DNA of 64,000 nt from Octopus vulgaris (lineage: Eukaryota): assembly GCA_951406725.2 (NCBI GenBank), contig OX597828.1, forward strand, positions 61,380,001-61,444,000, in the 5' to 3' direction. The position numbers and the translations under genes were made by a program. This document shows, piece by piece, positions 28,361 to 42,598 of this stretch. The number at the start of each line of letters is the position of its first letter. The first letter of the stretch is position 1. Below the pieces are notes generated by a model, which saw only the letters and a program-made list of their open reading frames with translations, was not told where the DNA came from and searched no databases.

Positions 28361-28828
28361 TGAAGGACACAAAATAATGTAGCTGGATATCAATATGTCT
28401 TGGAAAATGGTTCTGACAGGATCAAGTTAGCTCGATTCTTTGATAAAGAACAAAATCCTTCTCACTATAGTAATGTTGAAACAACGAGAGAGCCCCTGCA
28501 TGATCAACCTTTTAGAAATAGTAGCTCATTTCCTAAAAATTTGCTAGAACACCTTTGACCAATAGATCTGCTGGATGAGCAATGATAAGCCACAGAAACA
28601 ACACTATAGTGCCATTGGTCCAATGGTCTTTTACATATTTCGGCTGGAGATTATTTCCGAGAAATCTTTCTATACACCAATAGTTTCTCAAAAGAAATCA
28701 TTATATACCATTACTGGTTGCCATTATTTTTACCCTACATCCAATTCACAGCGAGGTTTTCAACGGTAATTTTCCACTAACCACTCGTATTTATATATCT
28801 AGTCCCCCTTTGTACATAATGTGTCATT

Positions 28829-28859
<31 letters not shown>

Positions 28860-28916
28860 ATGTATGTATGTATGTATGTATGTATGTATGTATGTATGGA
28901 TTGATGGATGGATCTG

Positions 28917-28972
<56 letters not shown>

Positions 28973-30015
28973 TGTGCGAATGTGTTTTTGTACATCTACG
29001 TATGTATATAAATGTATCTCTGTAACTGTGTACATGCCAAGTAGTTTTTGTTTTCACTTCTCCGATTTAATCCTGCAAGTAGGGTCTCCAGATTAAATTT
29101 TGCCGTGATATATGGCCAAGATGTCAGTGAGAAATCTAACATTTTGACCTCCAACGAAATAACATTTTTCAAAGCCGAGTGATTCAAACCATGTGTGTAT
29201 GAGCGTGTATGTTTTAGTGAGTCCGTATATTTGTGTCTGCTGGTGTGTGTGTGAGTGAGTGAGAATGTATGTGTGCGTGTGTGTGCACGCACGTTCATGT
29301 GCTTCCCCGCGTGCGCACGCGCGTGTGACCGTATGTGTGTGTGTATTTGTGCGTGCGAGCGCGCTATCATATGGTAGGGAGGCGCGAGTTGGTGATGATA
29401 CATGATAGAATCGTAACGTACATCTATGACTCAAGCTGGTCGCACGTGGAGGGCAACAACAACAAAAACAATGATAACAGTAGCCACAACAACAACAACG
29501 ACAATTTGATAACAACAACAAAGCAATAAAAGCAACACGAGACAGCAGCAGCAGCAGCAGCAACAGAATTATCAGCGACAGCAGCAACTGCAGCACATCG
29601 AGAGAAGCTCTATATGATTGTTGGACATGCTAAAAACAGCAGCCAAATATCTATTAAATCATAACTTCTAGGTTATGATTTATGATTTAAGAGATGTCCG
29701 AGTAAACCAATATGTTCTCTCGATACACTAAGCAACAAAAAGAATGTTCAACTCTAAATGTCTTTGAATATAAGTCTGCACCATCAAAGCTGAACAACAA
29801 TAACAGCAATGGTGACAGTGGCGATGGCGGGGAAAAGGGACAAGAACGGTTTGAAGGCTTCTGCTATAAGGACCATGTAGGCAGCTAACATATTTCAAGT
29901 ATCAAGAATATGTATGGAATTATTTTTACATAGTTTCATAAGCTGTGTGTGTGTATGTGTGTGTGTGTGTGTATTTGCGTAAATACATATATATGGATAT
30001 ATAAATATATATATA

Positions 30016-30166
<151 letters not shown>

Positions 30167-30224
30167 CTATATGCATATATACATACATATATGTACATAC
30201 CTACATCTATATGTATATATACCT

Positions 30225-30802
30225 GCACATGTGGGTACAGGACATCTAAAAAACGTTGAACACAATGAGAAACGAAAACATAAAAACAAAAACATGGAAA
30301 CGAACTTTTTTTCAAACAACGAAAAAACATACAACACAAGGAATATTCCCGGTTCTTCAGTTGTCTGCTCCGCATTTCGAAGGTAAGGACAAGACGCGAC
30401 TTCATTGAAACAGTCCTTCCCGCAAAGCAAATTAATTAAAATTTGGGATTATTTGCGGAGGGGTAAAAGTGGTAACAAGAACAGGACAGTAAGAACAAAA
30501 CAAGACAGTAAAAACAATACAAGTAAAAACAGTAAAAGACAGGACAACAAGAATAACACAGTAAAAACAAACGATGAGGGCTGTTAAGCCAAGATGATGG
30601 AAAAATTATTTGAACGCATTAAGGAGACAGCTTAAGAGAGGAACATGATAAACCGTCTTGTCTCGGTGAAGATAGCAGCTGGAAAGATGGCTTCCCTCTG
30701 GTCACGTGTCAGTGACGAGAGAGTCGAGGAGGAGGAGGAGTAAGAGAGAAGGAACGGTGAAGGGGAGAGGAGAAGAATAGGGAAGGGTAGGAGAGAAAAC
30801 CA
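30225..30802 (-). mobile_element. Probable PLE pseudo-LTR/3' UTR fragment
   Basis: Bounded by microsatellites with a GA-rich end. Weak hammerhead-like remnant at 30365-30413 (minus: ctgtt-TCAATGA..GAAA-tgcg-gagcag). The start is similar to 36430-36470. Confidence 0.45.
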
Positions 30803-30814
30803 ATATATATATAT

Positions 30815-32818
30815 GGCAAATGAATGACGGAAGATGGAATATACGAGAATTTATTATTAATCACGACAATTGTTTCGATATATCTAGCATCGATCCCTCA
30901 TGGGTGGGACATTCGACAACTGGTTCAGGAGCATCCGGCGGTACAGATGTATCTTGTCGAGTGATAAATAGATACAATCCGATAAAATAATAGTTCCGCA
31001 ATGTAACTCCTCGTTTTGTAGAAAGAAAAGCAGCCAGACGGAGGAAATATCTTCATTGAATATACAAGATCAAAAATAAAATCACAGATGGAAAAAAGAA
31101 TCACGGATGGAAAAAAGAGAAACGAACATGCAATCCAGCGAGAAAAGTGTTAAAAGTAACCGTTATCAAATATGGATGTATAAACGCCCTAGGCCCAGCT
31201 GCATGGCGCGAGTGCACTCGCTCATACAAGCATCCGCAAAAATGTGAGCATACATAGACGTGTGGTTTGGTGCCATCATGATCACAAAGCGAGTTAACTA
31301 TCTACTTGGTGTCTGTAAGAATTGGGAGATTAAAAGAAAAGTTAAGTCATCCATACCTTAACGTAAATTCAATTATGTTAACGGCTAATCAAAATTCATT
31401 CCACTGCATTGCGCGAAAGTACATTTATATTCATGTAGGCATCTCGAGAGTCTCAGAAATTCTATTAATGATCTCGTTAGTCCACAGACTAGACAGAGAT
31501 TCTTCAGAGCAGAAACGGCATCTCCTGGAAATTATATTGTATGGTTTCGCGTGCTTTACTATGAACCAACTTATGTTGTATTTCATTTTATGCCCTTTCA
31601 GTCACCATACAAAATCTGCCGAAGATGTTGAATATCTCTTATTGATTGTCTTAAAGCTGGCGACATGGTTACGATAAGGATTCTTAAATGAATCAGCTGT
31701 CTGACCAATGTAAATATACAGCTCTCCTTTTGTGTGCACGGTACATTTATATACAAGATTTATACTCAAACAGAGATTCATCAAAGGATATTTTGATTTT
31801 TCTCTGTAACAGTATTCATCGTATTTACCGACGTTGTTACTGAGTTTTGCAGTATCAAAAGTATCTCTACTACTACAATTTGGTCGTAATTAGTGTTTAT
31901 CATTGTGATTTACACCTCCTTGTTTGGTATTTAGATGCATGTGTTCGCTAGATCCAGTTGGTGGGTTACTGAGCCTTTGCCGCATTTTGCTATTGTTTAT
32001 GCGATGAATAAGCTGCTCTAAATTAGCAGAGCTGGCGTATGATGCCTTTACGGCATGCCGATTAAAAGTAACATGATAAAATAACATGATACCGATTAGA
32101 TTTAGGAAAACATTTGTCCAAAGCGGCAAAAAGTTTTCCAGCAATCTTGGTTAAAACATGGGAACCGAAAATCGTGTTGAACCAGAGGACATCCTGATTC
32201 CTATAACTGTTGTTTGGCTTATTTGATCGAGTGTGTTGTGCAGGATTGGAACAAGCAGTTAGATTATTATGTCACATGTGTCTATGAGTTTTCGTTGGTA
32301 GTTCATTGATATGACCAATTCTTCCTGGCCTGTATTCTTTATCTGAGTGAGTTCTCAAACCGTGATGTTGTGATAGTGTACAATGTCTAATTCAATTGGA
32401 GGAATTATCAGTGTTGTGTATGCCTGCTTCTTGTATATATTCAAATGTTTACGGTACCCAGTCCTAGCTCAAGCAGCCTTATAATAAGTTGCATGTGATT
32501 CGAAAAATTTATTAGTAGCGAATAATCTAGAAATTCTTGTAGAAATATTCTTAACTAATCCCCGAATGATCGAGGGTGGGTGACTGGATGCTACATTTTT
32601 GTACTCAATATAATCTTTTAGCTTATGAAATGGTTCAAGTAATCCAGTATCAAGACAGAAAGTAGCGCCAAGAAAAGTTTACGATAATCTTTACCCAGAG
32701 TCCTAAATTCTCAAAAAGTCTAAAGAAATTATTCCTATGCCTTTCTAATTGTACTTTACTATTTCTGTCCAGAAAAAATAAAGGCGTCATCTTTATATAA
32801 CCACCTGTTACTATATAA
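30815..32818 (-). mobile_element. Decayed Hydra-type PLE, same family as 4620-6395
   Basis: LYKDDAF (RT), FNRHAVKASYAS..NLEQLIHRINNSK, and LVYKCTV..YIYIGQTADSFKNPYRNHVASF. Confidence 0.9.
30860..30965 (-). ncRNA. Type-I hammerhead with variant core TCGACAA
   Basis: Minus strand: atcac-TCGACAA-gatacatct...agatatatc-GAAA-caattg-TC-gtgat. All three stems pair, and U3-A8 replaces C3-G8. Confidence 0.75.
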
Positions 32819-32820
32819 CC

Positions 32821-32851
<31 letters not shown>

Positions 32852-33025
32852 TGTATGTATGTATGTATGTATGTATGTATGTATGTATGTATGTATGTAT
32901 GTATGTACGTACGTATGTATGTATGTATGTATGTATGTATGTATGTATGTATGTATGTATGTATGTATGTATGTATGTATGTATGTACGTACGTACGTAC
33001 GTACGTATGTATGTATGTATGTATG

Positions 33026-33064
<39 letters not shown>

Positions 33065-33075
33065 TTAATGTATAT

Positions 33076-33119
<44 letters not shown>

Positions 33120-33123
<4 letters not shown>

Positions 33124-34650
33124 AGAGTTTACGAAAAAGACAAAAGACGAAAACAGGTGGTGTACAAAACAAACATATGTATTAGTATAACGCTCAGGAA
33201 TAGAAAAAGTATTTTACGTTTCGAGCCTACGCTCTTCTACAGAAAGGTACATAGAAAAAACAAGGAGAGAAACAAGGAGAGAAAAAGATGTGTGTAGTGG
33301 ATAACGATCTATCATGGCGACTAGTGCCGGACAGAAGGGTCAAACACGAGGAGAATAGTAGGGGAGATAACAAGGTAAAGATGACCCCCAGCACAAAGGT
33401 GCCCCAACACAAAGGTGCGTGTGTGTATAAGAGAGTATGTATGTGCGTGTGAAAGAGGGCTGGTGGTCTGGACGTGTGTGTGTATGTATGTGTAGGTGTG
33501 AAGATGTGGGGATGGGTGTGTGGGTAGTGTGTTGTGATGTGATGTGTAATGTCGTATGGTGGGGTGTGGTGTGGTGTGATGTTGTTGGGAGGTGGGGGAG
33601 GCGAGAGTGGGGAAAGCACGGGTGAGGTGTAGGTTCGGCTGTGGGTAGGGTAGAGTTGGAGTTTGTGGGTAGGAAGAGGGTGGGGGAAGAGGTGGTGTAT
33701 GTGGGGGAAGGGTGTGAGATAGGATGGGAGGATGGGAAGGATAGGGAAGGTGGAGTAGGGATGGGTGGTTTTTTGGGGTGAGGGGAAGGTGGGTATGTGA
33801 GGAGAGAGAAGAGGAGAGAAGAGAGAAAAAGAGTAAGAGAGAAGAGAGAAGAGAGAAAGAGAGTAAGAGAGAAGAGAGAAGAGAGAAAGAGAGGAAGAGA
33901 GGAAGAAGGAAGAGGGAAGGGGGAGAGAAAGAGAGTTGGAGAGAAGAGAGAAAGAGAGTAAGAGAGAAGAGGGAAAGAGAGTAAGGGTGAAGAGAAGTAG
34001 GAGTTGGGACAAGAGAGGAGAGTTGGGTGGGAAGAAGGAGGAGAGAGGGGAGAGAGGAGAGAAGGAGAGTGAGGAAGCAGAGAGAAAGAGAGAAGAGAGA
34101 AAGAGAGTAAGGGAGAAGAGGGAAAGAGAGTAGGGGTGAAGAGATGTAGGAGTGAAGAGAAGCAGGAGTCGGGGAGGAGGTTAGATGAAGAGGGGACGAG
34201 AGTTGAGCCCAAATGGCGTAAAAGAGCGAAGAGAGAAGATTAATCCCTGTTCACGGCGCAAACGGGAGTCCGGATGGCCTCTGTGCAAGGACAATCCGAA
34301 CACAGACAGGTGTTGCAAGGAGTGACCGGTGGAGCGGAAATGGCGTGAGACTGGGGAGTCATTGCCGAGGCGGATGTCTCGGAGGTGTTCCGCGAACCGG
34401 TCAGCCAAGCGGCGTCCCGTTTGTCCGATGTACAGGGAATGGCAGAGAGAGCAGGAGATGCAATAGATGATATTGCTGGAGGTGCAGGTGAAGGAGTCGA
34501 TGATGCGATAGGGTCGATGATGGGTGCCGGTGAGGAGGGTGGTGTTGGAGAGGTAAGGGCAAGTGCGGCAGCGTGTGCGGGAGTAGGAGAACGAGTCAGG
34601 TCGGGAGGTAGGGTTGGGGAAGAAGCTGTGGACCAAGAGGTCTCGTAGGT
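33120..34650 (-). mobile_element. Neptune-type PLE 3' end (Zn-finger linker, GIY-YIG, 3' UTR)
   Basis: ORF 34181..34774: NLRDLLV..RCRTCPY..FTCTSSNIIYCISCSLCHSLYIGQTGRRLADRFAEH..PVSRHF..REQ.LI..L....PFGLN. Flanked by (TA)n. Hammerhead-like motif at 33212-33246. Confidence 0.95.
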
Positions 34651-35031
34651 TATATATATATATATATAGCATTTGTAAGTGCAAAGTCAGAGATCCAGGA
34701 TCTGGAATTATCCAGTAATCTTTTACTAGTTTTATTTTGTCTTTTTGTCTTTTCTCTTTGTGCTGTATAGGCATTTAATGTAGTTTTAGAGTCAGATCTT
34801 GGCTGCTATTTTCAGCATAGCACCAGCTCTTAGATACCCTAAATTATAATTTTAATAATAATTATTACCTTTGAAAATTTTTATTTCCATGCTGGCCACT
34901 TGATAAATTTCGGTATGTGGTGAAGCAATTTTTTTTTGCTGAAGCCTAATTATAATTATACTCATAATTATAAAAAATTATATATATATGTAGTATATAT
35001 ATATATATATATATATCTATCTATCTATCTA

Positions 35032-35077
<46 letters not shown>

Positions 35078-35329
35078 TAGATATATATATATACATATAT
35101 ATATATACATACTACATATATATATACATGTATGTATTTGTATGTAGGTGTATATGTATGTGTGTGTATTTATATTTATTGGTGTATATATATAGACTAG
35201 CCTTCTAAGAGTGTAGACATGAATCTGTAGGTACGCGTACGTATGTGTATATATGTGAATGTATGTAGATGTATGTATGTATGAATATAACGCGTGCGTG
35301 TATGTGTATGAGTGTACGAATGAGTGAGT

Positions 35330-36323
35330 ATACGTGCTAAAGAGTGTGCGTGAGTGAATGAGTGCTTGTTTTCCAGTAGACAGATAAATGGACTGGCTGT
35401 CATAGCCAAGATGTTTGTGACCAAGTGGCCAAAGATAACAAAAGTAATAAACGAAGATAATAAAATTAAAATTAGGGAATGGGTCTGTATTTGTATGTGT
35501 ATATATATATGTGTGTGTGTGTAGGTATGCATAGGTACACATATGTATATATATGTATATATATATATACATGTATGTATATGTATGTGTGTGTGTGTAT
35601 ATATGTGTGTGTATGTGTATATAGGGACTAGTGTGCTGTGTGTGCATGTGTGTGTGTGGATATGTGTGTGTATGCGTGTATGTGAGTATGTGTGTGTATG
35701 TGTATATATATTTTTCTGTGCGTATATGTATGTGTGGTCGTGTGTGTATATATACATGTGTGTATACGTGTATGCATGTGAGTGTGTGTATGTATACATA
35801 TATGTGTATGTGTAGATATGTATATGTATGTGTAAGTGTATATATATGTATATATATGTGTGTATGTATGTGTGTATGTATATGTATATATGTTTGTATG
35901 TGTGTGTATGTATGTATACATGTGTGCATAGGTATAAGTGAGAATCTCCTTATTTACCTAAAACTCTATTCCCCCTTTTTTATATATAGATTTATTTTTA
36001 TTTATTTTTTTATTTTATTATTTTATTTTTTTATTTTTTTATTTATTCTTCTATCTAATTTAACACTGACTCCTTGACCACTCCCCCAAGTATGATATTT
36101 TGCGCTATGCCTACCCCCAAAAAGTCCCCCACCAACACCCCTTTAAACCTGCCTAAATGTATAAATGCCAATACAATTCTTGTTAACTAGCTTCCTGAAG
36201 ATTTCTCTTGAATGAAACAGTTCTAGTCCTGTAGAAGCTCCTTCTATATAATAAATTAATTTTACTCTGCTATGTATTGAGTACCTTATTTACTGTGGTT
36301 AACCCCGAATCAAACCGGGACCT

Positions 36324-36325
<2 letters not shown>
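35330..36325 (+). mobile_element. Probable PLE-type 3' UTR with weak hammerhead remnant
   Basis: Microsatellite-rich. actag..CTGAAGA-tttctcttgaat-GAAA-cag-TT-ctagt at 36186-36227. Ends in (TA)n. Confidence 0.35.
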
Positions 36326-36355
<30 letters not shown>

Positions 36356-36467
36356 CATATATAAATATATGCATATATACATACATATATGTACATACCT
36401 ACGTATAAATGTACATATACATGCATATATGGGTACAGGGCATCAAAAGAAAAACATCAACAAAATG

Positions 36468-37330
36468 AGACTGACCATCGTCTAGTGCGTGTGAAATTTT
36501 TTCGAGAATGCCTAAAAATCGAGAGTCTGGTCTTAAGGTACCCAAAACTTTTAATTGTTGCAAACTTTAAATTATCAAGCAACTTGCAAATATTTCACGA
36601 TGCTATAGAAAGTATCAATCTTGACCTAAACAATCTATGGCAAGATTTCAAAACAAAAGTATTTCAGGCTGCAAGTTCGTCAGTGGGATTTACATCACTT
36701 AAGTCCTCAGTGACTGGTTCTCGGACAGATCATCAAAAATTCATGATCTACTTCTAGAAAAGCAAAACTTAGGCAATACACATCTTTCTCAGTCTTTTGA
36801 TCCCCGACTCAAACGAAGCTTACAGAAAGCTGAAAACGAAAGTGCAGACTGCTCTAAGGAAAAACAAACAGGTATGGTGGAATGATAGAGCAAAAGGGGC
36901 ATAAGAATCAGCTAATAGAAATGATGCTAAGGGTTTGTACTTTTATGTTAAGGAGGTATATGGCCCAAAATATTCTTCAATAGCTCCCGTGAGAACAGCA
37001 TATGGATGTTTGCTTCTGACTGACACCGCTTTTATTCATAAGCGCTGAGTAGAACATTTTTCTGCACTTTTGAATAGACCATCATCCGCTGACATGAGGA
37101 TGATAGAAAAAATTGAACACCGTCCAGTTATAGAAGAGATGGCATTTGAACCAACTCCAAGTGACGTTTATATAGCTGTGAATAAGCTGAATAACAATAA
37201 GTCTCCAGGGTCTGATGAAATCTGCGCAGAAGTCTTGAAATATGGAGGTGACAAAATGTTTGAACTCTTAAATATATTAATTTGTCACTGTTGGAGAACT
37301 GAGAAAGTGCCTCAAGCCTGGATTGAGGGC
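36468..37330 (+). pseudogene. RTE-clade LINE internal fragment (endonuclease end to RT start)
   Basis: TDHRLVRVK, KEVYGPK, EHFSALLNRPSS, and KSPGSDEICAEVLKYGG, with stops and frameshifts. Confidence 0.9.
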
Positions 37331-37397
37331 ATTTTTTCTTTTTTTCTTTTATTCTTATTTGTATATATATATGTATATTTTTACTTTTATATATATA

Positions 37398-37654
37398 CTA
37401 GCAGTATCGCCCGGCGTTGCTCGGGTTTGTAAGGGAAATAACTATAAAGCATTTTTAGAGAGTTATAGCCAAAAAATAGCAAAAAAATGGACAAAAAATG
37501 ATGGTAAATTTTTTGAGAGTTAAAAAGGTCGAGTTGCGTCCCCTAGACAATCTGTGGTTTGTGTTTCTGATTCTCGACCCCATGTCGAATTTATCGATTT
37601 TTTTCAAACAGACACACAGACACGCAGACAGACAAACTGCCGTTTATATAGAGA
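37398..37654 (-). mobile_element. Non-autonomous Helitron (257 bp)
   Basis: Minus strand: A|TCTCTATATAAACGGCAG ... cccgagcaacgccggg hairpin, CTAG|T. Confidence 0.85.
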
Positions 37655-37661
37655 TATATTT

Positions 37662-38070
37662 ACTCTTTTACTCTTTTACTTGTTTCAGTCATTTAACTGC
37701 GGCCATGCTGGAGCACCGCCTTTAATCGAGCAACTCGACTCCGGGACTTATTCTTTTGTAAGCCCAGTACTTATTCTATCGGTCTCTTTTGCCGAACCGC
37801 TAAGTAACGGGGACATAAACACACCAGCATCGGTTGTCAAGCAATGCTAGGGAGACAAACACAGACACACAAACACACACACGCATATATATATATATAC
37901 ATATATACGACGGGCTTCTTTCAGTTTCCGTCTACCAAATCCACTCACAAGGCTTTGGTCGGCCCGAGGCTATAGTGGAAGACACTTGCCCAAGGTGCCA
38001 CGCAGTGGGACTGAACCCGGAACCATGTGGTTGGTAAGCAAGCTACTTACCACACAGCCACTCCTGCGCC
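37662..38070 (-). mobile_element. Family A SINE, full length
   Basis: Reverse complement of the 12198-12604 and 63403-63860 copies. Confidence 0.95.
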
Positions 38071-38209
38071 TTATATTTAAATCTTACTTCATTATATTTT
38101 TAAATTGCATATATTTTACTTTTTTATATTTACATATTATCTATATCTAATTTTTATTTATATTTGCAAAACCCCTCCTACTTTTCTCTTTTCTTTTATG
38201 TATGAATGA

Positions 38210-38832
38210 GCTACTCCGCGTCGGTCACCGGAGTGATATTTCATCACTTTATAGAGTGTTTGAGTATCGGTTTGGTATCTGGAATGGGATACCTTACCTC
38301 ATGGGCAGGAGAGAAGCTCTTTAACCTATGAGAAGGAAATCTCCGAAATAAGGCCTGGGAAGATCCTGGTTTTGTTAATATTCATGTTACACCGGCGAAA
38401 GTCTTCTTGGGCCAATAGGTGGGTCAAGTGCAGTGCAAGCTACACCCACTGGAAATTATTCATCTGCACAGGTACTTCTTGCACACCAAATCTTAGTAAA
38501 ATTATTGAATTGTTTGGTTGACAGAAACCTAAAAATGCACTTGTAACTTAATCTAAAATGTCTCAGATTCAGTAAATGGCAAAAAAGACTTGGAAACGTC
38601 CGGGAAACAGGTATGGCTCGGCAGGTGTCCCAGTGTTTCACAGGCTGGGCCTTGTCGTCATCCTGCCAACTGTGGTCAAACAATTTCCAAGACAAAATAA
38701 AAATAAACATCCTTTGAATTTTCATTGTTGGAACGTGCGCACACATCTTGATAATTTCAACAAGAGGCCAGAAAGGCGGACTGCACTTATTGCATGTCAG
38801 CTTAAGAAATATTCCTTTGATATAGTTGCGCT
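38210..38832 (+). pseudogene. RTE LINE 5' UTR and AP-endonuclease N-terminus
   Basis: WNVRTHLD..KRPERRTALIACQLKKYSFDIVAL in ORF 38576..38842. Confidence 0.9.
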
Positions 38833-38886
38833 CTATATATAAATGCGTGCATTATATGTATGCGTGCGTGTATATATATATATATA

Positions 38887-39278
38887 TTCTCTCTTTTCTC
38901 TTTTACTTGTTTCAGTCTTTTGACTGCGGCCATGCTGGAGCACCGCCTTTAGTCGAGCAAATCGACCCCGGGACTTATTCTTTGTAAGCCCAGTACTTAT
39001 TCTATCGGTCCCTTTTGCCGAACCGCTAAGTGACGGGGACGTAAACACATCAGCATCGGTTGTCAAGCAATACTAGGGGGACAAACACAGACAAACACAA
39101 TCACATACATATATATATATACATATATACGACAGGCTTCTTTCAGTTTCCGTCTACTAAATCCACTCACAAGGCATTGGTCGGCCCGGGGCTATAGCAG
39201 AAGACACCTGCCCAAGATGCCACGCAGTGGGACTGAACCCGGAACCATGTGGTTGGTTAGCAAGCTACTTACCACACA
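38887..39278 (-). mobile_element. Family A SINE
   Basis: Near-identical to 37662-38058. Confidence 0.95.
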
Positions 39279-40479
39279 GATATTAATCAAATTAATATTC
39301 AGTTTGGAATATTAATGGAGGTGCCGTAGCATCTGTGCACCCCCATAAATACATAGATACATATGCATAAACAAATATACACACACACTCACATACATGT
39401 AGAAATAGAGGAGAGTAGAATTTACATGGCTAAATTCATTATAACGTTGGATTATTTCAACGTGTAATGTGGTTTTGAGGGGGGGCATGCAGTAAACCAA
39501 AGGTGATTCATTCCCAATGAATATTTATCTGAAAAGGTCATAATCGCAATCTTGCCTTGTGTACGAAGCTCATCTGTTTCCTTCCTGTCTCATTTTTATT
39601 TATAAATGATGTGGATATATTGCCTAACATTAAATTTTCGGCAGAGGAAAATCAGGAGCTGCTCGGTAGGAAGCGACTGGGAGGAGAGATTATAAATGCG
39701 ATAACATATAAATAAACTGGAAATATATAGAAGAAGATTAGGTAGCCATATTGCATACGCTTTATAGATGGAATTGTTATGTTAATATTCTATGATTTCT
39801 TAGAATATCGCCGGAAAATTCTAAAGAAAAGTAATAAAACATAGTACGGTGAAAGTAAAATTACCAAGGAGACAAGGACCAACACCAGTACGAACACTAC
39901 AATCCCACCACGACCACCACCAAAAGAAAAACACCTCAAATAATAGAGGAAAAAGATAAATGCAGACAAAAGGAAAATTAACAAGAACGTAAAAGATTAT
40001 AAGTAATAATAATAGCATTGAGTAGTGTAGTAGTCGAAAGACGCAAAACAATATTAGTCGATGCGTAACTTCTCTCTAGCTTGTCAATTTATTTTCTTTT
40101 TATTAAATATAACACAAGCTCGGTAATAAATAGCTGATCAAACAAGAATCTTAATGAGGAAAGCTGCGGCATGTTTCCAAAACGCCAATCGAAATTAATT
40201 CACCTGACTAATTCTCTTGGAAAAGGTATGAAACATTACCCAACATGTGGTCTTGATATCAGTATCTAAAACAAAAATTGAAAATGACCTAAATTAAAAG
40301 ATAAATTCTCTGAAATTGAAGCCTATGAGGGTGCAGCTTATACTATTAATCCGTTTAAGAAAGGTACGAATACCGAATCTTCTCTTCCTTTAATAAGTAG
40401 GGTGTTTATAACTAATTGCTCGCATCACATCTTTTTCATAGTGAAAACCTAGTCGTCAATTTTATATATATATTTTTTC

Positions 40480-40725
40480 GTCGCCCTTTTCAAGCCTTGC
40501 CAGGCTTATGGACCCGGTTTCCCGGTTTCTGTGGCGTATGCCCCCCCCCCCCAGCTGGACGGGACGCCAGTCCATCCCAGCGTTACTCAAGAAACAGGAA
40601 GAAAGACTGAGAGTGAAAGAGAAAGTTGTGGCGAAAGAGTACAGCAGGGATCACCAAATCCTGCCGGAGCCTCATGGAGCTTTTAGGTGTTTTCGCTCAA
40701 TAAACACAAACAACGCCCGGTCTGG
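40480..40725 (-). mobile_element. Family C SINE, 5'-truncated
   Basis: ctggacgggacgccagtccatc and gaaagttgtggcgaaagagt are reverse complements of 8922-9230 and 8672-8912 segments. Confidence 0.8.
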
Positions 40726-40749
40726 CTATATATATATATATATATATAT

Positions 40750-40960
40750 TCTTTTGTCTTTTATTTGTTTCAGTAATTTGAGTGCGGCCATGCTAGAACA
40801 CCACCTTTAGTCGCACAAATCGACCCCAGGACATAATCTTTGTAAGCCTAGTACTAGTTCTCTCAGTGTCTTTTGCCGAACCGCTAAGTTACGGGGACGC
40901 AAACACACCAATATCGATTGTCAAGCGATGGTGGGGGGACAAACACAGACACACAAATAC
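40750..40960 (-). mobile_element. Family A SINE 3' half
   Basis: gcggccatgct..gccgaaccgctaagttacggggacg. Confidence 0.85.
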
Positions 40961-41276
40961 ATACCTATTTACATGCACATACATACATACACACACACAC
41001 TCACACATACACACACACAGACACACACATATATATATACATACATATAAAAAGACAAAACAAAAAATGGAATAAGAACGTAACAGGTGACAAAACATTC
41101 AGACAGTTCGACGATACAAAAAAGGACAGGAAAAAACAAGGACGGGTCATTTGGAGCTTTCAATCTTTAGTCGAGTACCGGTTACTCTCTAAGACGGCTT
41201 TAATCTGGCCGGCCCCAAGAAAATCTAAGCTAAGAGCACTATATATATATGTGTGGTAGGGGTGTATAAATATATA

Positions 41277-42468
41277 CAGGGGTTGGACAAAATAATGGAA
41301 ACACCTAGCATCATAGCATCATAATTTTCAAATATCTATAAAACCATCAAAAGCTTGTTTATTTTTATGTTTTTTTATTTATTATTGGTGTTGCTTAATA
41401 TGTTTTGCTAAAATTGCTGGGTTTTTTTCCAGATATCATCAGAAAAAGGTAATTAAAATTCATTATAATGACAGATCTATCGGACTTTCAAAGAGCTCAA
41501 ATTGTCGGTACTCGTATGGCAGACGCTAGCGTAACAAAAACAGCCGAAATGTTTGATGTATCAAGAAGTACTATCTCGAAAGTAATAACACCCTTTGAGA
41601 AAGAGAGGAAAACCTCCTCATCGAAATAAAACTCCGGAAGAAAACCAAAAACATTCAGATAGGAACCGTCGGACTCTTACGCGAATTTTTAGAAAGGATC
41701 ATGCACAAAGCCGGATTTCACGGGAGGGCTGCAATCAGAAGACCACTACTTTCAAAAATAAACCTTCCAAAGCGTTTAGAGTAGAGTAAAAATCTGCAGA
41801 ATTGGTCCCCAGTGCAGTGGAATAATGTTATTTTCTCGAACGAGCCATCCTTTACCTTATTTCCGACCACCGACCGAGTATACGTGTGGTGACAACCAAA
41901 AGAAGCATTTGATCAAGACTGCCTTCTTCCTAATGTTAAACATGGAGGAGGATCTGTGAAGATCGGGGGTGGTGCTATATCCTGGAAATCCGCCAGCCCA
42001 ATGGTTTCCCTTTATGGCAGAATTAATAGTCAAGACTATTTAAGCATTTTATCTGGTGAAATTCATCCTATGTTTGTGGAACTGTTTCCGGTAGGAAACG
42101 CAGTCTTTCAGGATGATAATGCACCAATTCACACAGCTAAAGTTGTTACTGAATGGCACGAGGAACATTGTAGTGAAGTTGAACATCTTATCTGGCCACC
42201 ACAGTCCCCAGATCTCAATATTATTGAACATTTCTGGTGCCTTTTAGAAAAACAAGTAAGGAGTCGATACCCACCACCATCATCACTACAAGAACTGGGG
42301 ACTGTTTTAGCTGAAGAATAGAGAAAAATATCTTTGGAAACAATTCAAACTTTGTAAGAATCCATACCGCGTAGAATTCGAGCTATAATTACTGCCAAAG
42401 GTTGTCCTACCCCATATTAAAATAAATTTGTTTGAAATTTTAAGATATTTCATTATTTTGTCCAACCC

Positions 42469-42471
<3 letters not shown>
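41277..42471 (+). mobile_element. Full-length decayed Tc1 DNA transposon (DD34E)
   Basis: TIRs CAGGGGTTGGACAAAATAATG at both ends with TA flanks. Transposase from ATG 41468 (MTDLSDFQRAQIVG; FQDDNAPIH; WPPQSPDLNIIEH) with stops, frameshifts and the first Asp changed to Asn. Confidence 0.95.
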
Positions 42472-42520
<49 letters not shown>

Positions 42521-42546
42521 TAAGTCAATATTACCACACCGCCAGT

Positions 42547-42598
<52 letters not shown>

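Noticed and set aside
33590-33800. G-quadruplex/triplex-prone tract as an independent feature
   Set aside because: It is part of the Neptune PLE 3' UTR (C-rich on the sense strand), with no separate evidence of function.
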